64,000 nt of DNA from Nitrospirota bacterium (lineage in GTDB: Bacteria > Nitrospirota > JACRHJ01): the NCBI GenBank assembly GCA_963733375.1, contig CAVTDB010000017.1:1-64000 (forward strand). The letters are read 5' to 3'. Both the position numbers and the translations under genes were made by a program. Below the pieces are notes generated by a model. The model searched no databases and was not told the origin of the DNA. It was given only the letters and a program-made list of their open reading frames with translations. Within the stretch, counting starts at the first letter, position 1. Each line of letters begins with the position of its first letter. Below, in pieces: positions 46,372 through 58,272 of this stretch.

Positions 46372-47745
46372 TCAGCGGATCGGGCCGCCTTCGGCGGGCA
46401 TGGCCGGGGCCATTTTATGCGTTATCGGGATCGGGATAAGCGTGCCCACGGTCCTGTTATCCGGGGTCAGGTATGTCTTCGCCACCCGCTGCACGTCCTG
46501 GGCCGTCACCTTCCTGATGCCGTCAAGGTAGGTGTTCAGGAGCTTCCATGAGGCGACGGACTCGTAACGCCCAAGCATCATGGCGCGGTTAAAGTTGGAG
46601 TCCTGCCCCATGATGAAGCCAGCCTCGATCTGGTTTTTAGCCTTCTGAAGCTCCCGGTCCGTCACCGGCTGGCCCTGGACTTTGTCTATCTCCCCGTATA
46701 TCGCTTTCTCCACCTCGTCCGCGGTTTTGCCGGGCATTACGCCGGCGGAGAAAGAAAAGGTTTCCGGGTCCTTTGTGACCTCGTCGTAGTCCGCTTCGGC
46801 ATACTGGGCGATCTGCTTGTCATAGACAAGGTCCTTATAAAGCCTTGCGCTCCTGCCGCCGGAGAGTATCGTCCCCAGCACGTCGAGGGCGAAGGCGTCC
46901 TGGTTCTGGAGGTTCGGCGTGTGGTACATGATGTCGACCGTCGGAAGCTGCGCCTCCTTCTTCAGATAAACCCGCCTCTCGCCCTGTTGGGGCGGCTCCT
47001 GCACCACTACCTTGGGCGGCTCCGGGCCTTTCGGTATTCCTCCGAACTTGTCCTTTATCTCCGCGATGGTTTTGTCCGCATCTATGTCGCCCACGACGAC
47101 GATCGTCGCGTTATTCGGCATGTAATAGGTCTTGTAGTGCTTTCGGACGTCTTCGATCGTGTAGTTTTGAATGTTGTCCATCCAGCCGATTATCGGCCAG
47201 TGGTACGGGTGCAGGACGTACGCGGCGGCCTGGGTCTGCTCTCCCAGCGCGGCCTCCGGCTCGCTGTCCGTGCGCATCCTGCGCTCCTCCTCGACCACTT
47301 TCCTCTCGTTCTGGAAGTCCTTGTCATTTAAAAGCAGGCCGTTCATCCTGTCGGACTCGAGGTCGAAAGAAAGCCATATCCTGTCCGAGGCGAAGGTCTG
47401 GAAGAACGCGGTATAGTCCTGGCTGGTGAAGGCGTTGTCGCTCCCGCCGTAGCGCTGGACTATCTGGGAGAAGGTCTTGGGGCCGAACCGCTTGGAGCCG
47501 CGGAACATCATGTGCTCCAGCATATGGGATATGCCCGCCTCCTGGTACGGTTCGTAGCGCGAGCCGACCTTGTACCATATCTGGAACACGGCGACGGGCG
47601 CTTTATGCTCCTCTAGGAGCAGGACCTTAAGCCCGTTGTCCAGGACGTATTCCTTTACGTTCTCGAAACCGCCTTTGGCGAAGGCGGGGATGGACGTGCA
47701 GAGGAGCATAACTATCAAGAGGAAGGAAAGTGCGTGTTTTTTCAT
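46372..47745 (-). CDS. M16B zinc peptidase, catalytic subunit
   Basis: HMLEH motif, NAFTS.D.T, ERKVVEEERR, HPY..PIIGW. Confidence 0.93.
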   Translation of the reverse strand: MKKHALSFLLIVMLLCTSIPAFAKGGFENVKEYVLDNGLKVLLLEEHKAPVAVFQIWYKVGSRYEPYQEAGISHMLEHMMFRGSKRFGPKTFSQIVQRYGGSDNAFTSQDYTAFFQTFASDRIWLSFDLESDRMNGLLLNDKDFQNERKVVEEERRMRTDSEPEAALGEQTQAAAYVLHPYHWPIIGWMDNIQNYTIEDVRKHYKTYYMPNNATIVVVGDIDADKTIAEIKDKFGGIPKGPEPPKVVVQEPPQQGERRVYLKKEAQLPTVDIMYHTPNLQNQDAFALDVLGTILSGGRSARLYKDLVYDKQIAQYAEADYDEVTKDPETFSFSAGVMPGKTADEVEKAIYGEIDKVQGQPVTDRELQKAKNQIEAGFIMGQDSNFNRAMMLGRYESVASWKLLNTYLDGIRKVTAQDVQRVAKTYLTPDNRTVGTLIPIPITHKMAPAMPAEGGPIR

Positions 47746-47784
47746 TTAAGATGGCCGCCTTTCAGTTTAATCTTCTGAATCCGT

Positions 47785-48671
47785 TTAATCTGCGGTTAAA
47801 AAATTTTTTCTTTTCAATGATGCGTCGTAAACCTCCTTGCGCGACAGCCCCGTGACCGCCGCGACCTCCGCCGAAGCAGCCTTCCTGGACAGTCCCTTCT
47901 CGCGCATCAGTTTATCGACCAGGGCCGCGGGGTCTTCCTCTGATGATGGGCGGCGGCTTACCCGCGGAGCCCTCGATGATCAAGGTAATCTCGCCCTTGA
48001 CCGTTCCCCTGCTCTCCCCCCCGGCACCCCTGGCGCCGGGCTCAATCGTTTATAATTATATCAGAAATATTGCCGCGCAGAGTCTCCTCGTGAACCTTCG
48101 TCAACTCCCTGGAAAGCGATATCCGCCGCTCCCCCAGCGCCTCCCGTATGTCCTGAAGGGACTTCAGCAGCCTGTGCGGGGCCTCGTACAGTATTATTGT
48201 GCGCCGCTCGTCTTTCAGGGATTCAAGTTTTGCCAGCCTCGGAGAACGCCTTGAGGGGAGGAACCCTTCAAACACGAAGGAGTCCGTCGGGAGGCCGGAG
48301 ATGGATAGCGCGGCGATGGCGGCGGTCGCTCCGGGTATGGGGATGACCGGGACGCCTTTTTCTATCGCCACGTTGATAAGGTAATATCCGGGGTCTGAAA
48401 TGCCGGGCGTACCCGCGTCCGTTACCAGGGCGACCGACTGCCCCTCGAGGAGCTTTGCGACTATTACTTCCGCCTTGTGCTCCTTGTTATGGTCGTGGTA
48501 GCTGGTCAGGGTCTTATGGATATCGAAGCGCAGCAGCAGGTTCTGGGTGTGCCTGGTATCCTCGGCGGCGATGAAGTCGGCCTCTTTTAATATGCGTATG
48601 GCGCGAAGGGTGATGTCTTCGAGGTTGCCTATCGGCGTGGAGACTATATAGAGAGAACCGGGCAAAGGCAT
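47785..48671 (-). CDS. rsmI: 16S rRNA (cytidine1402-2'-O)-methyltransferase (frameshift near 48055; end approximate)
   Basis: STPIGNLEDIT, AEDTR, DAGTPGISDPG, FEGFLP, YEAPHR, RELTK.HEE. Confidence 0.95.
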
Positions 48672-48689
48672 TTATTGTCTTATGGTTAA

Positions 48690-49401
48690 TTAGAAGCTTC
48701 TGTACTTGTTCGTTATCGGGAACCGTCTGTCTCGTCCCAGCGCGCGCGGGGTGATTTTTATTCCCGGCGGGGACTGGCGTCTCTTGTACTCGCTTATGTC
48801 AACTAACCGGATTACGCGCTTCACCGCTTCCGGGTCGAAGCCAAGCTGGACCATCTCCTCGAAACCCACGGTCCTCCTCGACGTATGCTTTAAGTATCGG
48901 GTCGAGTACCTCGTAAGGCGGCAGGGAGTCCGCATCCTTCTGGTCTGGGCGAAGCTCGGCGGACGGGGCCTTGGTTATCACGCGGGCGGGTATCAGCTCT
49001 TTTCCAGAGCGGCGGTTCACGTGGCGGCAGAGCTCGAATACCATGGTCTTGGGCACGTCCTTTATGACCGCGAAGCCTCCGGCCATGTCGCCGTAAAGCG
49101 TGGCGTAGCCCGTGGACATCTCGCTCTTGTTCCCGGTGGTCAGCACCAGCCAGCAGAACTTGTTCGATAGCGACATCAGCAGGTTGCCCCTTATCCTTGC
49201 CTGGAGGTTCTCTTCTGTCACGTCCGGCGCGTGTCCGGCGAACGCAGAGCTAAGCATCTTCTCCATGCTCTCGTAAGCCGGGGCGATAGGTATTTCTATG
49301 ACGGGGATGCCCAGGTTTGAAGCCAAGCGGTACGTGTCCTCGGCGCTCTCTTTGGAGGTATATCTGAAGGGGAAGAACGTCCCCTGGACGTTTTCGGCTC
49401 C
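48690..49401 (-). CDS. nadE: Glutamine-dependent NAD+ synthetase, 3' part (after the insertion)
   Basis: [50 protein letters not shown]. Confidence 0.93.
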
Positions 49402-50123
49402 AGCGTCACGCCCATCGGCTAAGCCCGGGACGGGCCAAACTCCTGGTGACGGCCCTCCGATCCTTTTTGCGTTACCTGCGGCATCGCGGAGAAATCTCGC
49501 TGGATCTGGCTGCCTGCGTGCCGATTGTACCCAATTGGTCGAAGTCCACATTGCCCAAGTTTCTCCCACCGGGAACGGTACAGCGCGTCGTGAATTGTTG
49601 TGATCGCCAGGCGCCTCTGGGCCGGCGGAATTACGCGATTTTACTGCTGCTCGCCAGGCTGGGCCTGCGGGCCGGAGAAGTTGTTGCGCTCAATCTGGAG
49701 GATATCGATTGGGAAGCCAGCCAGATGACCGTCCACGGTAAGGGTGGTCGATCAACACCAATGCCATTGCCTGCCGATGTCGGCGCGGCCATCGCCGCAT
49801 ACCTGCGTAACGGTCGGCCGCGTTGCTCCAGCCGCCGGGTTTTCATCCGCGCCAAGGCTCCGTTCGGTGGGTTTGCCAGTTCAGTGGCCATCTCTTTCAT
49901 CGTGATGAGGGCTCTCGAAAGAGCAGGCGTGGAGTCGGCGCGCAAAGGTGCGCATTTGTTTCGCCACACGCTGGCCTGCGACCTGCTTCGGGAAGGATGC
50001 TCCCTGGATGAAATTGGTGAACTGCTGCGGCACCAAAGTCCCGACACGACGGCGATCTACGCCAAGGTGGACCTTGTTGCATTGCATTCGCTGGCACTGC
50101 CGTGGCCGGGAGGGAGTCGATGA
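49402..50123 (+). CDS. Tyrosine recombinase, RitA-like (5'-truncated)
   Basis: GLRAGE, GKG, HLFRH, LRH, TTAIY; frame open from the junction with no native start. Confidence 0.88.
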
Positions 50124-51061
50124 GAGGTCTACGAAAAGGGATTTGCGACTACCTGATGTTGCGCCGTGGCCTTGGATTCAAACTGGTCAAACACGAAGCC
50201 GGACTGGAAGAGTTCGCATCCTTCCTGGATCGGAAACGCAGTACTCACATTACGAGCGAACTCGCGCTGGAGTGGGCAACTCTGCCTGCACATCACCAAC
50301 CTTGCCAGTGGACTGCGCGGCTGACCATCGTGCGAGGCTTCGCCCGATACTGGAGCGCCGTAGATCCGTCGACGGAAGTTCCGCCTTTGGGCTTGTTGCC
50401 ATACCGACCGACCCGCGCTCGGCCGTACTTCTATTCAGATCAGGAAATCCAGCAACTGCTGAAGGCTGCCAAGGCTCGGCCTTCCTGTGACCCGCTGCGG
50501 CCCTGGACCTATCACTGCTTCTTTGGATTGTTAGCGGTCACAGGCCTCCGGCTCAGTGAAGCGGTGAATCTCCATGCCGAGGATTTGGACTGGTCCGAAG
50601 GCATCCTCACCATTCGGGGAGCCAAGTTCGGCAAATCCCGTCTGGTACCGCTGCATGCCTCGACCTGTAAGGTCCTGGCCGATTACGCAAAACGGCGGGA
50701 CCGTCGCTTTGGCCCGCGAGCAGAGGCGCACTTCTTCGTGAATAAGAATGGCAACCGACTGGACAAAGGCGAGGTCCACCGGATGTTCTACATCCTGTCT
50801 CGACAGATTGGATTGCGTGCTGCGGGGGGTGGTCGCGGCCCGCGCCTGCACGATTTTCGTCACCGATTTGCCCTCGAGACTCTGTTGCGCTGGTATCGCA
50901 ACGGCGAAGATCCCCAGCGGCGCTTGCCGATCTTGTCTACCTACCTCGGGCACGCACACGTCACCGACACCTATTGGTATTTGACGGGCACACCGGAACT
51001 ATTGGGAGCTGCCGGGAAGCGGCTGGAAAAGAGATGGGAGGGCCTCAATGCTGGACGCTAA
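50120..51061 (+). CDS. Tyrosine recombinase, RitB-like (complete)
   Basis: TGLRLSE, AKFGKSRLVPLH, PRLHDFRH, LSTYLGH, TYWYL; ATGA overlap with ritA. Confidence 0.92.
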   Translation: MRGLRKGICDYLMLRRGLGFKLVKHEAGLEEFASFLDRKRSTHITSELALEWATLPAHHQPCQWTARLTIVRGFARYWSAVDPSTEVPPLGLLPYRPTRARPYFYSDQEIQQLLKAAKARPSCDPLRPWTYHCFFGLLAVTGLRLSEAVNLHAEDLDWSEGILTIRGAKFGKSRLVPLHASTCKVLADYAKRRDRRFGPRAEAHFFVNKNGNRLDKGEVHRMFYILSRQIGLRAAGGGRGPRLHDFRHRFALETLLRWYRNGEDPQRRLPILSTYLGHAHVTDTYWYLTGTPELLGAAGKRLEKRWEGLNAGR

Positions 51062-51915
51062 TTTCCCGGCCCTGTTGCAGTCCTTCTTTACTACTCGCCT
51101 CATGGCCCAGCGGAAGGTCAGTTCCCATACGATCGCCTCCTACCGGGACACGTTTCGCCTGCTGCTGCAGTTCGCACAGAAGCGGCTACGCAAGGCACCG
51201 TCCCAGTTGGAACTGGATAACCTGGACGCATCTTTCATCGGAGCGTTTCTGGATGACCTGGAGGCCAGTCGCGGCAACGCCGCTCGCAGCCGGAACCTGC
51301 GTCTGACTGCGGTTCGGTCCTTTTTCCGCTACGCGGCACTGGAAGCGCCGGTGCACGCGGGGACCATTCAACGTGTGCTGGCGATCCCCAACCAGCGACA
51401 ATCCCGTGCCTTGGTGGATTTTCTAACCCGGCCGGAAATCGATGCCTTGCTGGCAGCGCCGAATCCGGCGACTTGGTTGGGACGTCGCGATCACGCTTTC
51501 CTCCTTACCGCCGTGCAAACCGGACTGCGACTCTCCGAGATGACGTCCCTGCGTCACGAAGACATTTCACTGGGCACTGGCGCGCATGTTCATTGCCGCG
51601 GGAAAGGGCGCAAGGAACGCTGTACTCCTCTGACCAAGCCCACTGTATCGGTACTCAAGGCCTGGATGCGGGAACAAGGCAGAGCAGATTCCAAGACTCT
51701 TTTCCCCAGTGTGCGCGGCGGACGCTTGAGCGCCGTCGGTGTCCAGCACATGGTCGCACGGCACGTGGCCAAGGCACGAAAAACCTGCCCTACGTTGGGC
51801 AAGAAACGTGTCTCACCTCACGTGCTTCGCCACGCCGCGGCGATGGAACTTTTGCAATCGGGCGTGGATCGCGCGGTGATCGCGCTCTGGCTCGGACACG
51901 AATCGGTCGAAACCC
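51048..51915 (+). CDS. Tyrosine recombinase, RitC-like (3'-truncated before the catalytic Tyr)
   Basis: SYRDTFRLLL, TGLRLSE, GKGRKER, SPHVLRH, WLGHESVET then junction. Confidence 0.9.
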
Positions 51916-52935
51916 CACGGCTTCCACCGCGACGGCGGCTACAAGGGAGCTGTCTATCCCGCCGGAGAGCGAGACGACTACTTTGCCGAAACCGTTCTTC
52001 CTGACGTAGTCGCGCGTCCCCAGCACAAGCGCCTGGAAGACCTCCTCCATCGGCTCGAACGGCTCGTTCAGCTCCGGCGGCCTCATCTTCTGCCTTTCCG
52101 GCCTTGGCAGCGCGGGCACGAAGACGGACCGATGGCCCTCGTCCTTGTGCAGGTATCGCTCGACCCTGCTTCTGGGGTCTATCAGCCGGGCATGGAAGAC
52201 CGATTCGAGGTCCAGGTCCACCACGACGAGCGCCTCCTTGAACTGCGGCCCCTGGGCGATAAGCTTCCCCTGCTCGTTCATTATCATGCCATGCCCGTCG
52301 AATACCAGCTCGTCCTGGCCGCCGACCATGTTGTTATACGCCACGATCGCCACGTTGTCCGCCGCGCGCGCGGTGAGCATATGCCGTCTGAACTTCCACT
52401 TCCCCTTGTAGTACGGGGAGGCGTTGATGTTTATTATAACCTCCGCGCCGGATAACGCCTGGCTCCGGAGCGGCCCGTCCGGCAGCCAGATGTCTTCACA
52501 GACGTTCACGCCGATTTTGACCCCGTTAAGGTCGTAAACGGGGTAGCCTTTACCGGCCTGGAAGTATCTGTACTCGTCGAAAACGCCGTAGTTCGGGAGG
52601 AAGGTCTTGTGGTAGACGTCGATTAATTTACCGTCGGAGATGAAGGCGGCGGCGTTATAGATGTCTTCGGTCCTGTCCACGAAACCGACGACGGCGGCGA
52701 TGCCTTTGGCTTCCGATACCACCTCGTTTAAGACGGCGAGGTTGGCGTCGATAAACGAAGGCTTTAAAAGCAGGTCCTCCGGCGGATAACCGGTCACGGC
52801 AAGCTCCGGGAACGCCACGACGTCAGCGCCTTCCTCCTTCGCGCGGCCGATATAGGAGGTGATCTTCTTCAGGTTCCCTTCAAGGTCGCCGACGGTGCAG
52901 TTTATCTGCGCCATCGCCAGTCTCAAGCTTCTCAA
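51916..52935 (-). CDS. nadE: Glutamine-dependent NAD+ synthetase, 5' part
   Basis: Nitrilase triad FPEL / KTFLPNY / VCEDIW; SGGIDS ATP-binding loop. Confidence 0.95.
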
Positions 52936-52940
52936 AACGG

Positions 52941-54177
52941 CTACCTCCGGCCCGGCTTTGCCCCAGGCCTCTCCTTTGAAGGTTTTATACCCCGCCCGCC
53001 GTCGGTACTTTCGCGGACTTCTCTCTCGGCCATCATGATAATATCACGAAGCGGCATGGACGATTTCTCCGCCGCCAGTTTAACGTCCTCGTATTCAGGG
53101 ACGGCCTTCAATATCTTTCCGTTTCTTTGTCCGACCTTCACCCGCACTCTCCCGCCCGGAGTCTCTATTTCCTTGAATCCCCGCGCAAGCTTCCTGCGCG
53201 AGTACTCCACGGTCCTTACTCCGAAGGTGGTGGTCTCTTCCATTATTATATCGATTATCGCCGATTTTTTCCCCGGCTCCGAAAGTGCCGAGAGCGTCAC
53301 CGCCGGACGCGACTTCTTCATTATTATCGGCGTAAGCCATGCGTCCAGCGCACCCGCTTGAAGAAGCCGTTCGATGACGTATTCGTAAACGCGGGGGTCC
53401 ATGTCGTCTATGTTAGTTTCGACTAAAACTACGTTATCTTCTTCATAATCTCCGCCGCCGCGCATGCTCTCCCATGAAAACCCTGAGAAGGTTGGGCATG
53501 GCCTTAAGCTCTATGTCTCCCGCGCCGGAGCCTGCGGCCTTGACCTCCATCAGCGGCATCGGGCCGAACCCGTCCGAAAGAGTCGCCGCCAGCGCCGCGC
53601 CCGTCGGCGTGGTCAGTTCGGCGGGGACATCCGACTGATAAGCCGGTATCCCCTTTATCAGCTCCGCCGTGGCCGGGGCGGGGACGGGCAGGACGCCGTG
53701 CGCCGTCTTCACCGTTCCGGAACCGAGGTTCAGGGCGGAGAAAAATATTTTATCCAGCTTCAAGCATCTCTACCGCGAGGCAGGTCCCGGTAATATCTAT
53801 TATGGAATCCACCGCGCCGACCTCGTGGAAATGCACCTCCTCCATACTCACCCCGTGCGCGACTGCCTCGGCTTTGGCAAGCCTCCCGAACACCAGAGCC
53901 GCGCGCTCCTTCACACTGCCGGGGAGCTTGGATTTCTTTATTATCTTTTCAATCTGCGGCAGGTTCCTCTGCGGCTGGGGCGATGTTATTTTTACGCTGA
54001 ACTTGGTCCCGGCAAGGCCGCCGCGCTTCACTTTTTTAATCGAAGCCGACCAGCCTTCAAGCGGCAGGGTTTCCATCTGCTCCCGCCATTTTTTAAAATC
54101 GCACCCGCGCCCATCAGAGAGCCGATCAGCATGTCTCCGGATATGCCGGAAAAACAATCGAAATATGAAATTTTCAA
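52941..54177 (-). CDS. larC: Nickel pincer cofactor biosynthesis protein LarC (frameshifted)
   Basis: YFDCFSGISGDM, HFHEVGAVDSI, AHG.LPVPAPAT, TPTGAAL, ETNIDD, MKKSRP, PEYED. Confidence 0.93.
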
Positions 54178-54227
54178 TTCATACCTGTAGGGGCCGTAGA
54201 TTCCATGTAGCTGCGCCGGGGCTCGCC

Positions 54228-54986
54228 CTACCGTTTCTCCCCCAGCATGTTTATTCTGTGCGCCAGGAAACCCGCGCCGAAGCCGTTGTCTATGTTCATC
54301 ACTGCTATACCAGGGGCGCAGGAGTTCAGCATCGTAAGGAGCGCGGCGATGCCGCCGAAGGACGCGCCGTAGCCCACGGAGGTCGGTACGGCGATGACAG
54401 GCTTGTCCACCAGGCCCCCGACGACCGAAGCGAGCGCCCCGTCCATACCCGCGGCGACCACTATCACCCGCGCCCCAGTCAGAAGTTCTTTTTTACCGAG
54501 CAGCCTGTGGATGCCGGATACCCCGACGTCGTACATCGTCTCCACCGTGCTCCCAAGGGTCTGGGCGGTAACGGCGGCCTCTTCCGCGACAGGTATGTCC
54601 GTGGTCCCGGCGGAGACAATCAGCACCACGCCCTCAGTCGGCGGGTGTTTCTTGTGCTCTATGACAACAGTGCGCGCAGGCTCGTTATACCGCGCGCGGC
54701 GGTCCAGGGCCTTAAGCGTCTTGTAGGCCTCTTTGTCCGCCCGCGTGGCCAGCACGTCGGAGCGCTTCGCCAGCATCGCCGAAGCGATTGCCCGTATCTG
54801 GGCGGGGGTCTTCCCTTCGCAGTATATGACCTCCGGCGCGCCCTGCCTTAAGCTTCTGTGGTGGTCCACCACCGCGAACTCGATGTCCTCGAAAGGCAGG
54901 TGCCTAAGCTCCACCAGGGCGGCCTCTATATCCGTCCTGCCCCCCCGCACATCTTCCAGAAGCTCTCTCAGTTTTGCCGGGTTCAT
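54228..54986 (-). CDS. larB: Nickel pincer cofactor biosynthesis protein LarB
   Basis: DHHR..RQG.PE, AGTTD.PVAEEA, DVGVSG.HR, PTSVGYG, NIDNGFGA. Confidence 0.95.
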   Translation of the reverse strand: MNPAKLRELLEDVRGGRTDIEAALVELRHLPFEDIEFAVVDHHRSLRQGAPEVIYCEGKTPAQIRAIASAMLAKRSDVLATRADKEAYKTLKALDRRARYNEPARTVVIEHKKHPPTEGVVLIVSAGTTDIPVAEEAAVTAQTLGSTVETMYDVGVSGIHRLLGKKELLTGARVIVVAAGMDGALASVVGGLVDKPVIAVPTSVGYGASFGGIAALLTMLNSCAPGIAVMNIDNGFGAGFLAHRINMLGEKR

Positions 54987-55987
54987 CCAAGCTCGCTTTT
55001 TAAGTCCCTCGTCATAAGGTCCTTCACCACCCGCGCCGCCTCTTTTCCTTCGTAGAGCAGGTTGTACACCTGCTCCGTTATGGGCATCCGGACGCCGTAT
55101 TTTTTTGAAAGCGCCCAGGCCGCCTTCGTCGTGTTCACGCCCTCGGCCACCATCTTCATCGCGGACAGGATATCGTTCAGCTTCTCGCCCTTGCCGAGCC
55201 TGTACCCGACCGTGCGGTTACGGGATAGCTCGCCCGTGCAGGTAAGCACAAGGTCGCCCATGCCGGACAGTCCGGAGAACGTGAGCGGGTTCGCCCCCAT
55301 CGCCATGCCAAGCCGGGCTATCTCGGCCAGGCCCCGCGTTATAAGCGCGGCGCGGGTATTGTGCCCGAAACCAAGGCCGTCCGAGCATCCGGCGGCAATG
55401 GCCACCACGTTCTTCAGCGAGCCGCCCAGCTCGACTCCCATCACGTCCGGGCTTGTGTATACGCGGAAATAATCCGTGCTGAAAATTTTTTGGACATGTT
55501 TCGCGGTTTGAGGTTCCTTTGACGCTACCGATACCGCCGTCGGCATTTTATTAATCACTTCTTTTGCGAAGCTTGGGCCGGAGAGAAATGCCGTGCGGTG
55601 ATGAAACTCCTTCGGGAGCACGTCCTCCATCACCTCGTTCATCGTCATCAGGCTCTCGTTCTCTATGCCCTTCGAGGCAGAGACGAAATACGCGTCCGGA
55701 CGGGCGGACTGCGCCAGGGTCTTAAGCAGCCCGCGGGCGACATGCGAAGGCGTCACGGTGAGTATTATAGATTTCTCTTTAGCGGCTGTGGCTAAATCGG
55801 AAGTTACCCCATTTCCGGCAGGACATGGCCCGGCAGGTATAGGTCGTTAATGCGGCTCTTTTGCATCCGCTCGCGCAAGGTCGTTCTCGTATACCCAGAG
55901 AGTGACGTCGTGGCCCTTATCCGCAAGGAGCGCCGCCAGCGTCGTCCCCCAGGCCCCGCCTCCGATTACCGCGATTTTCTCAGGCAA
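54983..55987 (-). CDS. gpsA: NAD(P)H-dependent glycerol-3-phosphate dehydrogenase (frameshifted 5' part)
   Basis: [39 protein letters not shown]. Confidence 0.95.
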
Positions 55988-56171
55988 TGAGTCAACTCCA
56001 GTCAAGGTCCCACAATGGGACGAACGAACATTAGACGACCGAGATGGTAAATGTTGGCGAAGTGAATGTCCATGCGAGAAACTATCTCTAGCGAAGCGAG
56101 TTTTTCTCGCATAATGAACGAGCCTTACATTTACCGGAGGGGGCCTACAGAGAGTGAGTCCCTTGCGGGAC

Positions 56172-57621
56172 TTATCCCTTGATTACCCCTATCGGTTTCA
56201 GCTTCGCTACCCGTTTGGCTATCCCGGCATTATGCACGACATCAACTACCTGGTCAATATCTTTGTAAGCCTCCGGAATCTCTTCTTTTAATGCGTCCCG
56301 GCCCGTGTAGCGGACTGTGACGCCCATATCCTCCATCTCCCTCTCTATCGCCCTGCCACGGCATGCCTTCACCGCCGCCGCGCGGGACATCACCCGCCCG
56401 GCCCCGTGGCAGGCGCTCCCGAAGGTCTCCTTCATCCCCTTTTCCGTGCCCACCAGTATGTATGAGTTCGTCCCCATGTCGCCGGGTATGATTACGGGCT
56501 GGCCGATGTCCCTGTAAAGCTCCGGCGTCTCCGGATGTCCCGGCGGAAACGCCCTCGTCGCGCCCTTTCTGTGTACGGCGAGCGTCATCTTTTTCCCGTC
56601 CACCTCGTGCTCCTCGAACTTCACGATATTGTGCGCGACGTCGTAAATCAGCGACATGCCGAGGTCGCGAGGCGAGAGGTTCAGCACGTGTATGAAAGGT
56701 CTCCCGCGACCAGTGCATTATCATCTGCCGGTTCGTGAACCCGAAGTTCGCCGCCGCCCGCATGGCCGCCAGATAGTCCCGGCCTTCCGGCGAGTCGATC
56801 GGCGCGCACGCAAGCTGGCGGTCGGGGAGGTTAAAGCCGTACTTTCGCACCGACGCCTCCATCACCTTCAGGTAATCGGTGCAGACCTGGTGGCCGAAGC
56901 CCCGCGAGCCGGTATGTATCATCAGGGTTATCTGGCCCTCCCATAGCCCCAGGGCGTTCGCCGCCTTCTCGTCGAATATCTTCTGGACATATTGGATCTC
57001 GGCGAAATGGTTTCCGGAGCCCAGCGTCCCTAATTGTCCCTTGCCCCGTTCATACGCCCTGTCCGAGATTTTATCCGGGTCCGCGCCCTGTATACATCCT
57101 CCGGCCTCGATGCGGTCCAGGTCGTCCGCGCTCCCGTAGCCGTTTTCCACCGCCCATTTAGCACCCTTTACCAGCATCTTGTCGAAGTCGGCCTGGGAGA
57201 GCCTTAAATCGCCCTTCGCGCCGACGCCCGTAGGGATATTCGCGAAAAGACCATCCACAAGGGCGCGCATCTTGTCCTTCACGTCCGCGCGGGAGAGGTT
57301 CGTCCGCAGCATCCGGACCCCGCAGTTTATGTCGAAGCCGACCCCGCCGGGCGTTATGACGCCGTCTTTTTTTGGATCCGTAGCCACGACCCCGCCGATA
57401 GGCAGGCCGTACCCGAAGTGCATGTCCGGCATGGCGAGCGAGGCCTTGACTATGCCTGGCAGCATCGCGGCGTTGGCCACCTGCTCTATGGACTGGTCCG
57501 TCTTTATCAGTTCCATCAGGGCGTCGTTTGCGTAGATGATCCCCGGGACGCGCATGCCGGCCTTGTAGTCCTTCGGCACCAGCCAGCGGTAATCGTCAAG
57601 TTTCTGAAGCTTAGGAGACAT
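56172..57621 (-). CDS. rtcB: RtcB-family RNA ligase (frameshift near 56690)
   Basis: [49 protein letters not shown]. Confidence 0.95.
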
Positions 57622-57666
57622 AATTATCCTTAGTTCGGTAATATCAGGCTCATTCTCGATTGTGCG

Positions 57667-58075
57667 TCATATATCATACACGACGACTGTTCTATATCCG
57701 TCCGGCGTCCGTTCCACCTTCAGCATATGATATGTCACCGCCTTCACCGGCGTCTTTATCACGTGCCGGGTCAAGGTCTATCGCCTCGCCCTTGACGACG
57801 GCTTTGAGCTTCCCTCCGCCCGTTTCGGTGACATGAAATTCTTTCAGCAAGACCCGCTTCGCATCGAATAAAAACAGAAGCTCATTTAAAAAATCCACCA
57901 GGAGCTACCTCGTCGTCGGCTCCGTCCGCCTCGACGGTAAACTCCTCTTTCGCCTGTACCCCGTCAAGCTCCGCCATCACGTCGAACATCCCCTGTGCCT
58001 GGGCCTCGAAGGCCTCGGGCAATGTACTCCCATGGGACGTAACTCCCACGTCCGCAGTCGTCCCGAATATCTCAT
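57667..58075 (-). CDS. Archease (frameshifted)
   Basis: TADVG, DFLNELLF, VKAVTYH, C-terminal VYDI; upstream of rtcB. Confidence 0.85.
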
Positions 58076-58272
58076 AACCGCTTGGCCATTAAAAAACCCT
58101 TTGTTTTTACTTATTTTTTTATTATATACCCGGCTGATGCCATGTCAAGCCTGCGGCATGTTTCGTTGTTGCCCAAAAAAACGCTATATGTTAATATCCG
58201 GGGCGGAACTTTTCTTAGCGTCATTAAATGAGCTGCTACGCCATTTTGCTGACTAAATAAAGGAGGCTTTAT

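Larger units (their letters stand above)
49402..51915 (+). mobile_element. Fragment of a RIT (recombinase-in-trio) element, truncated at both ends, interrupting nadE
   Basis: Three overlapping tyrosine recombinase genes; removing 2514 bp restores nadE in frame (...AVEAVG|AENVQG...). Confidence 0.9.

Noticed and set aside
49402-51915. Intein or self-splicing intron in nadE (insert length is a multiple of 3)
   Set aside because: The nadE frame hits a stop inside the insert (51790), no intein or group II end motifs are visible, and the insert codes on the opposite strand.
58080-58272. ZTP (pfl) or purine riboswitch ahead of purH
   Set aside because: No consensus elements or terminator recognised; it looks like a plain divergent promoter region.
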